Shown: positions 9,443-18,300 of the stretch, one piece after another
How the letters are laid out: every line of letters begins with the position of its first letter
Numbering within the stretch: position 1 is the first letter of the stretch
DNA from: a virus
Lineage: Duplodnaviria > Heunggongvirae > Uroviricota > Caudoviricetes
Length of the DNA: 64,000 nucleotides
Direction: 5' to 3' (one strand)
IMG/VR virus record: IMGVR_UViG_3300042923_000692
Location: 26,709-90,708 of that record
Notes under the pieces: generated by a model
What the model was told of the DNA's origin: nothing
Databases searched by the model: none
What the model saw: only the letters and a program-made list of their open reading frames with translations
Program-made: the position numbers and the translations under genes

Positions 9443-9614
9443 TACCGAGAATGTATGGTGTTGGGGCTTGACCAGTAATGCACATCTTGAAGGTCCAGCG
9501 AATCTGCCAGAAATGATTCCCGCAGTTACGACATTCCCATTCGTAAATCGCGAGTGCGCTATCTGGGTCTACACCCTTGTAATCGTATTGATGCTTCTCA
9601 CACAGTCCGGGCAT
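9327..9614 (-). CDS. small CEKH...ECxxCG zinc-finger protein (paralog 2)
   Basis: start set at MPGLCEKH after a GGAGAGG SD. Confidence 0.5.
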   Translation of the reverse strand: MPGLCEKHQYDYKGVDPDSALAIYEWECRNCGNHFWQIRWTFKMCITGQAPTPYILGNGDWTWGHEDFKKELKEAEDRAKRKGVREALLRTNWVY

Positions 9615-9969
9615 TTTCCTCTCCATATTTGGGGTCAAACGACAGGTTGAGAACCGTACAGTCGCTCTTGTTGCCGTTCTTGTAGAATATCGGGATGCCA
9701 TGGCGATAGTTGACGAAGAAGGCCTCAGTGACCAACTCGTCTACGTAATGATCCCCATATGCGCCAAAATACCTAAGTCGAACTTCCATGCGACCGGTGA
9801 ATTTATTAGGTCTCTGGTTTAGTTCGTATTCTCCAACCAGATCGATAACCCGACCGTAATTGCTTACGGCGTAAGGCTCCCAATGCGGAATCGGGACGAA
9901 TAGTTCTTCAAGCTCCACGCTCAAGACCTCTCGAAAATATCGACATGGATGGTGACGTATCCTGGGCAT
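9598..9969 (-). CDS. truncated NUMOD4/HNH_3-like homing-endonuclease paralog
   Basis: 123 aa; WEPYAVSNYGRV (NUMOD4) but lacks the C-terminal HTH found in 10073..10612. Confidence 0.55.
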   Translation of the reverse strand: MPRIRHHPCRYFREVLSVELEELFVPIPHWEPYAVSNYGRVIDLVGEYELNQRPNKFTGRMEVRLRYFGAYGDHYVDELVTEAFFVNYRHGIPIFYKNGNKSDCTVLNLSFDPKYGEENARTV

Positions 9970-10072
9970 CGATGAACTACGGCCTCGGCCTCGTCCGAAT
10001 ACTTCCAGAAATGCTGCTCGTGGTTATCCGTATTCGGGCATAGACTACGATCGGCGGAATCAATAACAGGCA

Positions 10073-10612
10073 CTAGCGCTCCTCGACGTATCGAAATGTG
10101 TAACCTAGGTGATGTGGGCGCTCCCCCCGGAGGACCCTGTAGATGGAACTCGGATGCCCACCAATATGTTCTGCACAGTCATGTACGTTATTGAAGATCT
10201 CTCCAGACTCAATAACCATGACTCTTCTGACTGCTATTTTCGGAGGATTCTTAATCAACTGACCCATTCGTTGTCCTTGGCGGAAACGAAGATTGTACAC
10301 GTTGAGATTGGAATGATCCCCGTCTCTAGGCTTAACGCTCAACTCCGACGAATATCCATTGATGAAGGCCGCGGCCACCAGTCTATGAATTGCGACGTCA
10401 TAGGGCTCTTTGTCTTTGTACAGAACAACTCGGTAGTGTCCGTAGCCGTTGATGCGAGGTTTGAGAAGTTTATCAAATCTCAAACTCTTGACTCGACCGA
10501 GATTACTAACGGCGTAGTCAGGAAATCCCTCGATCGCGGCCCACTGCTCTTCGATCATTAAGACATATGTTCTTCGTTTCTCCTTGACTACGTCAGTTAG
10601 AATCGTCCACAA
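10073..10612 (-). CDS. HNH homing endonuclease (NUMOD4 + HNH_3 + C-terminal HTH)
   Basis: 179 aa; FPDYAVSNLGRV, INGYGHYRV...AIHRLVAAAF...DGDHSNLNVYNLR. Confidence 0.75.
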   Translation of the reverse strand: MWTILTDVVKEKRRTYVLMIEEQWAAIEGFPDYAVSNLGRVKSLRFDKLLKPRINGYGHYRVVLYKDKEPYDVAIHRLVAAAFINGYSSELSVKPRDGDHSNLNVYNLRFRQGQRMGQLIKNPPKIAVRRVMVIESGEIFNNVHDCAEHIGGHPSSIYRVLRGERPHHLGYTFRYVEER

Positions 10613-10635
10613 TCTTGCCCGAAGGCTAGTGGATG

Positions 10636-10806
10636 TTAGTTAGCTTCCTCGTCCGTGAAGCTCTCTGCGAGATGCTTGGTCTTGTGATCGCCCTCATGAG
10701 GCGAATATAGCGAACACTTAGCGTTGTCGATCTTACGCTTCTTAGGACAGAAATGTCCGTATCGATGGGTCGTGTTGATCACGAGATCTTCAGTGTTGTC
10801 TGTCAT
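10636..10806 (-). CDS. 56-aa Cys/His-rich peptide
   Basis: ORF absent from the track; MTDNTEDLVINTTHRYGHFCPKKRK...; TAATG overlap with the upstream gene. Confidence 0.4.
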   Translation of the reverse strand: MTDNTEDLVINTTHRYGHFCPKKRKIDNAKCSLYSPHEGDHKTKHLAESFTDEEAN

Positions 10807-11009
10807 TATTCCTTATCCCTATCAGCAACGTGGGCCTTATTCAAAGCGTCAGCAATACGTACGGCCGCCTCTCGAGATCCCGCATCCGGAACCTCGATGT
10901 ACCAAACCGAATCCTTATCCTCGGCGATAACCATCCAGGTACCTTCATCCATATCCAGAACGTATGGATTCCTAGGTACAGCCCCCAGGAAGAACGGTGC
11001 GTACTTCAT
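10806..11009 (-). CDS. hypothetical protein (67 aa; start MKYAPFF)
   Basis: internal ATG preceded by AAAGGGGGACAA SD; the longer track version lacks an SD. Confidence 0.5.
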   Translation of the reverse strand: MKYAPFFLGAVPRNPYVLDMDEGTWMVIAEDKDSVWYIEVPDAGSREAAVRIADALNKAHVADRDKE

Positions 11010-11430
11010 TTGTCCCCTTTCAAGAGATACCCATAATTGTGACCACAAAAAGATAGGGTATGGGGGCCGCGCCGATAGCCGACGAGACCCCCATATAATC
11101 AGGCGCCCGAGAATGATCCCGGGAACAGTTCCAGCTGTCTGTGACTTCGCCACCTCTGGAAAGGCGCTTATTGGTAACATAGTTACCTGCATATATACCT
11201 GATAGCGCGGTTTTAACTAACTCATCCACAGGGGGGCCTAACCCCCATAAACTTTCGGTGCGGCGCCACACCGCTCACGTACCGGCTGCTGCATGATACA
11301 ACCTGCCATTACCCCAAGTATCACAGGGGCACCGATACCGCACTGGACCTAAGAGCTATTTAAACTCGTCCAGTCGAGTTCCCACATACCGAAGATCTGG
11401 GAGTAGGTCAAACCTTCGGGCTGAAGGATA

Positions 11431-11727
11431 CTACGCCGCGATCTCCGCGTCAGCTTCCGCAGCGGGTGCTGCAATCTTAAGGTGCTTCTCAAGCAGGATA
11501 GGATTGTATCCCGTCCAAGTGATCGTCTCACCAGTGGACTCATCCACAACCTTGATGACCGGAGCCTGAGCCACCTCGAGAACGGTCTTGAGAGCATCCA
11601 CGATATCCACGGCGCTTGCGTGGGTGAAGTCCTCATATCCGTTCGCCTTGAGCCAACGCTCGGTAGCTGTACACTGCACGCAAGCGGGCTTGCTATACAG
11701 AGTGACCTTCTTCTTCGCCATGTTCAT
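11431..11727 (-). CDS. nrdH: NrdH-like glutaredoxin
   Basis: 98 aa; VTLYSKPACVQCTATERWL redox motif. Confidence 0.75.
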   Translation of the reverse strand: MNMAKKKVTLYSKPACVQCTATERWLKANGYEDFTHASAVDIVDALKTVLEVAQAPVIKVVDESTGETITWTGYNPILLEKHLKIAAPAAEADAEIAA

Positions 11728-11769
11728 CTTTCAGAGATATCGCGCGTACTTCTTGACAACTGCGCGAAA

Positions 11770-11961
11770 CTACTGATTGAGGTCTACCTCGGGAGGTAGT
11801 GGATCATCAGACCGCTCCATCAGTTCTAGTTGCCAGTCCTTGGGGTAGTACCCCATTTTCTCCTGGAACTTGGCAGCCGCTTGGTCGTGCGTATCTGCCT
11901 CAATGATGAATTTGCGATGATTAGTCATGGCAATCCATACACGACCAAGCGACTCAGCCAT
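11770..11961 (-). CDS. hypothetical protein
   Basis: 63-aa ORF. Confidence 0.45.
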   Translation of the reverse strand: MAESLGRVWIAMTNHRKFIIEADTHDQAAAKFQEKMGYYPKDWQLELMERSDDPLPPEVDLNQ

Positions 11962-11966
11962 GATAC

Positions 11967-12242
11967 CTACCCCTTGATCGCGAAGAGCAGATCGAAACGG
12001 TCTGGCGAAAGCACCAGCACCGAACGATCTGTGTCGATAACAACGTAGTCGCCCTTGAGAGCTCGACCACCCGCGTTGGGAATCGTGATGGTGACGTAAC
12101 TGCCACCATTTCGTGCGGTGTCCTCGCCGGCGTTCTCCTTCACGAAATCGACAACCTCAGCACCGTTCTTACCGGTGAACTGAACGGCCTTCGCCTTCGC
12201 GGGGCGTCGACGAACCTCGAGGACGTTATTCTCGTCAGTCAT
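11967..12242 (-). CDS. hypothetical protein (start MTDENNV)
   Basis: Arg-rich leader in the track ORF trimmed; ATGA-type overlap with the upstream gene. Confidence 0.5.
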   Translation of the reverse strand: MTDENNVLEVRRRPAKAKAVQFTGKNGAEVVDFVKENAGEDTARNGGSYVTITIPNAGGRALKGDYVVIDTDRSVLVLSPDRFDLLFAIKG

Positions 12243-12687
12243 TATCCGACTCCTGATTCTTCTTGTTCTTCTTCGAGGCAGCCTTCTCCTCGGCAAGCTC
12301 GCGCTCGAAAGCGGCTTCCTCGTCCTCGTCCTCAGTCACATCGACGATATCACCACCGCTATTGAGTTCGACGACCTCTCCGACGTTGTCGACCGGATCG
12401 GCGGCCTTGGACTCATCGGGAGCCGCATCCACTCGAGGCGCCTCAAGATCGAGATCTTCTCGTGCCTCCGAAGCCGTAGTAGCGCCGGTTCCACCCGAGA
12501 CAACTGATTCAGCAGCAAGAGCCGCCTCTTCCTCGTCCGAGAAAGTCACGTCACGAACGCGAACGTTCTCATATCCCGGAGAGAACTCGAAAGTGCGAAC
12601 ACCGTCCTTTGCGGGGCTAGCCCACCCGACCTGGGTGCGATTTCCGCCCACGTCGGCGAACATCGCCACACTATGCTTTTCAGCCAT
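12235..12687 (-). CDS. acidic (D/E-rich) hypothetical protein
   Basis: start MAEKHSV after an AAGGAGC SD; 8-nt overlap with the upstream gene. Confidence 0.55.
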   Translation of the reverse strand: MAEKHSVAMFADVGGNRTQVGWASPAKDGVRTFEFSPGYENVRVRDVTFSDEEEAALAAESVVSGGTGATTASEAREDLDLEAPRVDAAPDESKAADPVDNVGEVVELNSGGDIVDVTEDEDEEAAFERELAEEKAASKKNKKNQESDND

Positions 12688-13147
12688 TGTTTTGCTCCTT
12701 GCTTGTAGGGGTGTAGATATCCGAAGTCGGAATGCTACGCATAATACCCGGGCAAAGACGCGCCGCATAAACGTGCCAAACCTGGCCCATAAAATACATA
12801 ACATCTTGACCGCAGGCGTTACACTTACCCGCTTCAGATTCAAGAGATACCGCGCTAGTCACGCGAGTATACTCTTTGGAGAATTCGTTTCGGTCATAGA
12901 CGCGAACGTCCTGCTCACCGTGGTGAACCAGGTAATCTCCTACTCGGATCGAGAACGAATCTCGATATTTGATATGCCAATCGATGACGATTTCGTTACC
13001 CTTCATGTAGGTAACGGATTCATTGGCGGGGGATCCGTAGATATCTGAAAGCCACGTCCGAACGGCTTCCACGTTCTCTACGGACGTCTTAACGGCGGTG
13101 ATCACTCGAGGATCAGGCTGCCACTTCTCAAAGACTTCGTTATTCAT
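12680..13147 (-). CDS. hypothetical protein
   Basis: 155-aa ORF. Confidence 0.5.
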   Translation of the reverse strand: MNNEVFEKWQPDPRVITAVKTSVENVEAVRTWLSDIYGSPANESVTYMKGNEIVIDWHIKYRDSFSIRVGDYLVHHGEQDVRVYDRNEFSKEYTRVTSAVSLESEAGKCNACGQDVMYFMGQVWHVYAARLCPGIMRSIPTSDIYTPTSKEQNNG

Positions 13148-13155
13148 TGAGATCC

Positions 13156-13542
13156 TTAGCGATCGTATGGTGGCGAGACGACGGTAACGAGATTGACGTT
13201 AACCTTATTTCGCGGCTCATACTTATGGATATCCGTCCGATCGACTGGGAAGTAGACGGTTTCGACCTTCTCCGACCATTCGTTGTAATGGTCTTGCTTC
13301 TGCATGACATATTGCCCAACATCCACACGGGCAGTAAGCGCCCAACGATCGCTCGCTCGGGTGTTCTCAGCTTCACGCTCAGCGTAGAATTTAATCGTCT
13401 TCGGCTTACCGATAACCTCGGAGATCTCAACCTTGCCACAACCCATCCAACGAGCGACGTCGTAGATGTTGTCATCGGTGAGAAAGACCGAAACCAGAGG
13501 GATCGGAGCAGTCTGCCAGTTCTGAAACTGGAGAGCAACCAT
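13156..13542 (-). CDS. hypothetical protein
   Basis: 128-aa ORF; preferred over the overlapping 13140..13538 frame, which is Arg/Ser low-complexity. Confidence 0.5.
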   Translation of the reverse strand: MVALQFQNWQTAPIPLVSVFLTDDNIYDVARWMGCGKVEISEVIGKPKTIKFYAEREAENTRASDRWALTARVDVGQYVMQKQDHYNEWSEKVETVYFPVDRTDIHKYEPRNKVNVNLVTVVSPPYDR

Positions 13543-14105
13543 TAGCCCTCGAGCTCCAGCATCTTCTCGAACTCGACCTGCTCAGGAGTGGACTCCTGCC
13601 AGACCAGCACGTTCTGTGCCGACTCGAGCTCGGGGACGTCTGCGTAACGAAGCTCCAGCTCGTCCTCACGAACGGTACCGAAGAAGGTCTGCAGGTATGC
13701 GGTGACCGTGGTACGACCGTCCGGCCAGTCCCGCTTGTACTTGCTGAAGATGAGGTCGATCTTGGCGAAGTCTGCCCAATCGAGCATGGCGAGCATGTCC
13801 TCGGTGAACTGACGACGACCCTTCGACGTGATCACGAAGATCTTCGGCGGGATATTGCTGTCCATGTTGACGTTGATCTTAAGGTGGGCCTGAGGGATCT
13901 CACCCTCCTCGCGAGGCTTGAGATACTTCACGTTGAAGCCCTCTGCCTCAAGAGCCGCTGCCACGTCCGGCGGAAGCAGAAGATGGAAGTTGCGCTTGCC
14001 GGCGGCGTTGAAGTTACCTGCGGCTCCCGCAAAGTTTCGGAATGTAATACGGGCCTCGTCGACGAGGAACTTTCCGTCGTCCTGGCGTGCGAGCTGATTT
14101 GCCAT
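13542..14105 (-). CDS. gp2.5-like (DUF2815-type) single-stranded DNA-binding protein
   Basis: 187 aa; N-terminal pattern ARITFRNFAG..GNF..GKRNFHLLLPPD resembles T7 gp2.5/DUF2815; acidic C-terminus. Confidence 0.45.
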   Translation of the reverse strand: MANQLARQDDGKFLVDEARITFRNFAGAAGNFNAAGKRNFHLLLPPDVAAALEAEGFNVKYLKPREEGEIPQAHLKINVNMDSNIPPKIFVITSKGRRQFTEDMLAMLDWADFAKIDLIFSKYKRDWPDGRTTVTAYLQTFFGTVREDELELRYADVPELESAQNVLVWQESTPEQVEFEKMLELEG

Positions 14106-14566
14106 CAGTTGTTCTCCTCAGTAGTTTCGATAGTTGCGGATCGGTACTCGGCGATGATCTCATCAACCGTCTTGTCTTCGACGAGGCTTTCGAATCCAAC
14201 GATTCGCACCTCATCATTTTCGTCTTCGGTAATCGCGACGATTTTGCCGTCCGCGAGAGCCTGGTTCTGCGCCTCACGCACAGCAGCCTCGTCAACGATG
14301 ATTTCCTGGTACATCTCGTTCACGACATCAGCTTCGAGCATGATCGTGCCAAGCCCGAGAAGAGCGCCTCGTTCGATCGCGTTCTGAATGGCAACCGCAG
14401 CGGCTGTATCCTTGAACTCGACGACGAGAGTGCCATATCGCAGACGGGCCTTGCCGATTTCGATATTGGTCTCACCCTTGTCATTGGGAACGAAGACCGG
14501 GAAGTCTACGTTTGTTGCAGTGGGTCGAGCGTCTGAAACCAGACGGGCACCCTTACGCTTTGCCAT
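14105..14566 (-). CDS. hypothetical protein
   Basis: 153-aa ORF. Confidence 0.5.
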   Translation of the reverse strand: MAKRKGARLVSDARPTATNVDFPVFVPNDKGETNIEIGKARLRYGTLVVEFKDTAAAVAIQNAIERGALLGLGTIMLEADVVNEMYQEIIVDEAAVREAQNQALADGKIVAITEDENDEVRIVGFESLVEDKTVDEIIAEYRSATIETTEENN

Positions 14567-14762
14567 CAGTTTTGTTCTCCTTACGAGACTTGATCTCGGC
14601 TACGACCTGTTGAATTCGACGTTCGTACACCGTCCAGTAATGAAATTCCTTGAGAAGTTGACTCTCGCTAAGATCCTTTAGATCTTTAACGTAAGATTCA
14701 TCGTGAACATCTTCTTCGGTCTCAACTCCGTGAGCGGAATATGTGACCTTATCGTCAGCCAT
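14553..14762 (-). CDS. hypothetical protein
   Basis: 69-aa ORF. Confidence 0.45.
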   Translation of the reverse strand: MADDKVTYSAHGVETEEDVHDESYVKDLKDLSESQLLKEFHYWTVYERRIQQVVAEIKSRKENKTDGKA

Positions 14763-15198
14763 CAGTTTGTCTCCTTGTTACTGGCCACACATACGGAACA
14801 TCTGTTGTAATTCCTGGGAAATGCCGCCGGTAGTATTCTTCGTTTTTACGAAGTAGATTGGATTGGTGTGAAATATGGAGCTCGATGTTACCCATCCACG
14901 GTGGTGGAATCAACGGAGTGGCCATCGGTTCGACAATGACGTCCAGAAATATAAGACGTGTCTTTTCCCAACACGTATCCTGGAAGCCGCGAACCGATGA
15001 CCACTCGTGACACACCGCCTGCTGATAAGCAAGCAGCGCTCGTTCATACCCTTCCCACATCAGCACCGCCGGGTGATTATCCCAGCCACTCCCACCGTAA
15101 GCGAGAGCCTGCATGATCTGAAGAGTTTCCACTCTTTGCTTACCGAGTCGCTTATCGTCAAGAACTCGAGCGCTCCATGTGAAATCATCCCAAGGCAT
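14755..15198 (-). CDS. hypothetical protein (weak resemblance to pyrimidine-dimer DNA glycosylase N-terminus)
   Basis: 147 aa; VLDDKRLGKQRVETLQIM resembles the EndoV LxDxHLxAExRE helix, not conclusive. Confidence 0.45.
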   Translation of the reverse strand: MPWDDFTWSARVLDDKRLGKQRVETLQIMQALAYGGSGWDNHPAVLMWEGYERALLAYQQAVCHEWSSVRGFQDTCWEKTRLIFLDVIVEPMATPLIPPPWMGNIELHISHQSNLLRKNEEYYRRHFPGITTDVPYVWPVTRRQTDG

Positions 15199-15330
15199 GA
15201 ACGTCTGAATATCAGTCTCCTAACTGAAGAGCTCTTCAGCCCAATAATGATCTCTCAGATAACCGCTACATATAGCACAGCGAGTCTTATCTTCGGCGGA
15301 CGAATCGAAGTCCCCTTCACACTCGTCCAA

Positions 15331-18300
15331 TTATGCCGCCTGTACCAGTTCGTACTGCGAGTCGACAAACCACTCGAACGTCAGCAGATCCGTAGTGAAT
15401 TTATTGATCGTATCGATCGCCTCGTCCACCAGTCGTTCGAAGTACTTGATATCGATCTGGTCCTGTAGACCCAGAGTCTCCACCATCTCAGCTTCGAGCC
15501 AGAACCATCCCTTAGCGCCAGTTGCGGAAGCGAACTTACCATCCTTCTCACGAAGGAGATATCCACCACCAGCATTCGGCTCCATAGGACAGAACGAACC
15601 AGCCTTACCGACGAATCGCATATTGTTCTCGTCGAGATCCTTAGCCAGAGCCATCGGAGTGTCCTCGATACCCGTGTAGTCGATGTAAAGAGCGGTCGTA
15701 ACCGTCTTCGTCTCGCACAGATCCTTGAACTCGATATCTTCGTGACTGAACAGACGCTTGAACACGTACGGATGAGCAAACTGAGCCCCCGTAGCGTCCC
15801 ACTTACCATCAGCCTTCTGTGCAATATAGACTGCGTCGTTAACCAGGGCCATCTTGCGATAGGTTTCCTCGTGCTCGAAGTCATATCCATACTTCGCACC
15901 AAAGTCCATGACGAACTGGATGATCTCAGGCGTAGCATTCGGGATCTTGATGGAGTCCGTCTTGATATGGACAACCTGGAACCCCTGCTCCTGAACCGCA
16001 TGTTTCAGATCGATCATAAACAAAGCGCCACGCTTTGCCACGATGTTGTCGATATTCCGCGGGTCCTTGAACGGGTTGTCGAATCGCGCGCTCGTCAGCC
16101 CATAGACCGAGTTGATCGCGATCTTCAGAGCGTCCGAAAGGGCCTTCGCCATCATCGGGTCACTCAAATATCGAGAGATCTTCTCGCCGAGAAGCTCCTT
16201 GACCTTATCGACATCCTTGCGCTTGATCGCCACACGAGCGGTCTTGATGGTGGAGAACTTCTCCGTGAACTCGCCGAACATATCCAACTGCTCGATCGAG
16301 GTCGGATGCATCGATGCGACGTCCAACACGGCGACGTTCTCGTAGACACCCGGCTCAGCATAGACATATCCACCCTCGCCAGTGATCTCGTCACGGTAGG
16401 TCGACTTGCCCATCTCGTACTTGTATCCCGGGAACATTTCCCCGAGGTCCGTGTACTTGAACTTGCTCTGAGGCTTACGCTCTTCCCCGAAAATGATCTT
16501 CGTGGTGTGAGCGTTCGTAGTCGCGTTCATCGGAAGACCCGAAAGCTCCGACAGAATCTGGCGAGCAATAACGTCAGGCTCGAGGTGGTTGCGCACCACG
16601 TTCGTTGCCCAGACGTCGTTGCAGCAGTACTCTGCGACCTTATCCCAGAGTTCCTTCGGAACCGGCTGATCCCACGGAATACCAAGCTCGAGGTGGTGAA
16701 TACCGAGGGTAATCTCCCACTTCTTCAGCCCCATCTTGACCGTGGCAACGTCGTAAAGGTCCATGTACGAGAGGTTGTAGGCCTCACCGAACAGGGCGTT
16801 CGGAACGTTACCGATGATCTTCTGCGAGAGGTTGTACAACTGCTGGTTGTTGAATCCCAGATATGCACCGTACAGGATATGGTTGTCGTAGCGACGGTTG
16901 TTGAAGCCAACGAGCTTCATACCGAGAAGCTGCTCGACCTCTCGCTGCGACGGATTGATCATCGTAACGATCGATTCCTTCGGAGCATCCTTGTACATCC
17001 AGCAGATAACGAACAGGTTCGGGAAGACCTCAACGTCGAAGAGGACTTCCTTATCCGCGTTAAGAGTACGCTCACTCTTGAAGGTGTCGGGCACCTCGGC
17101 AGCCGCTTCGAGACGACCCTCTGACGCGAACTTCATGTCCTGGACCAGCTTCATAGCTGGCATCGCCTGATTTGTGCTGAGCGACGCAAACGAGAAGATC
17201 TTGTTACGCTGGTCCGTGACATCATAAACCAGCCCATCCTTATAGGCCTGCTCCAGAATATGATGGATGAAGTCGACGTTAGTCTTGGTACCTCCGGGAC
17301 TCGCCTCCTTACGGAGGGCTTTATTGATGAGCGCGCGGATATGACGTTCATCCGCGAGCTTATTGACATCCATCGATTTCTTCTCCTTCAGCGGAAGTCC
17401 GCTGTTAATTGTGGCGATTGGGACGTTGTTACACAGCGACAGTCGTCTACGCAGTGCGCTATTTCCCTTGTAGACCTTAACTTCGATTCCATCATCATAG
17501 CTGTAGCTAAGCTCTTCAACGGCTCCGTCATAATAGTAATGGAGATGGATCCCATCACCGCTCTTACTAAACTCGGCGTAGGTGGCGGGCCATGTTGAGG
17601 CCGCCTCGAGGTTTCGTTCGGCAGACTTTTTACCGTCCTTGTCCTTAAGATCGAAGTCGATCACGATTAGGTTCTCAGGAACCTTAACGTAGTGCTCTTG
17701 TGTCGTGTCGAGATCTTTTAGAACCGTCGAAACAATAGCGTCTGGCTCGGGTACGAACTCAACAGTCTTACCGAGTTTATCATCGAACTTGGATCGAACC
17801 GAATTATCCCAATATAGACGCGGGTTACCCTGCGAATTGGTGTACTGAGCCGGAAACTTAGCGAGTTCTTTGTCGAGAAGAGACTCAGTTTCCTCCATGA
17901 CGAGTGAGAACATATGCTGGGGTTCTGACTTTCCGGTAGGCGACTTGAATTTATCTGCCTTAAAGCCAGAATAATAGGATCTGACTCGCTCCCCATTAAT
18001 ATCCACTGCGCGATCTTCGAAAGACTCAAAGTAGTTGCGGAATTCTTCGCGGAACCGATGCTGGGGCATCTTCCATTCCGTTTGAGTATCCACTACCCAA
18101 AGCTTCCATAGGTCCCATGCCTGCCGAAGCGTGGCGCCGTCCTGGGCCTTGAAGATATCGTAGTGTGTTTCAATGAAGTTGAAGAACACATCCGTTTGCA
18201 GCATCATCTCAATCGGCTTGTATTCTGCGTAGTAGTGCTTCCCCATGCTCTGGTAAACCTCGTGACAGTGCGCAGCAATGGCGCCCAGTTCGAATTTCAC

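Noticed and set aside
11020-11430. 83-aa ORF 11020..11271 and 95-aa ORF 11349..11636 in the 11.0-11.4 kb gap
   Set aside because: Poor composition, no SD; the region more likely holds regulatory sequence (a degenerate promoter-motif copy sits at 11021-11060).
15742-17124. 460-aa plus-strand ORF (and other plus ORFs 16112..16345, 17260..17598, 18163..18753)
   Set aside because: Lies antisense inside the polymerase gene; R/L/V-rich low-complexity translation typical of the reverse strand of a GC-rich gene; no ribosome-binding site.
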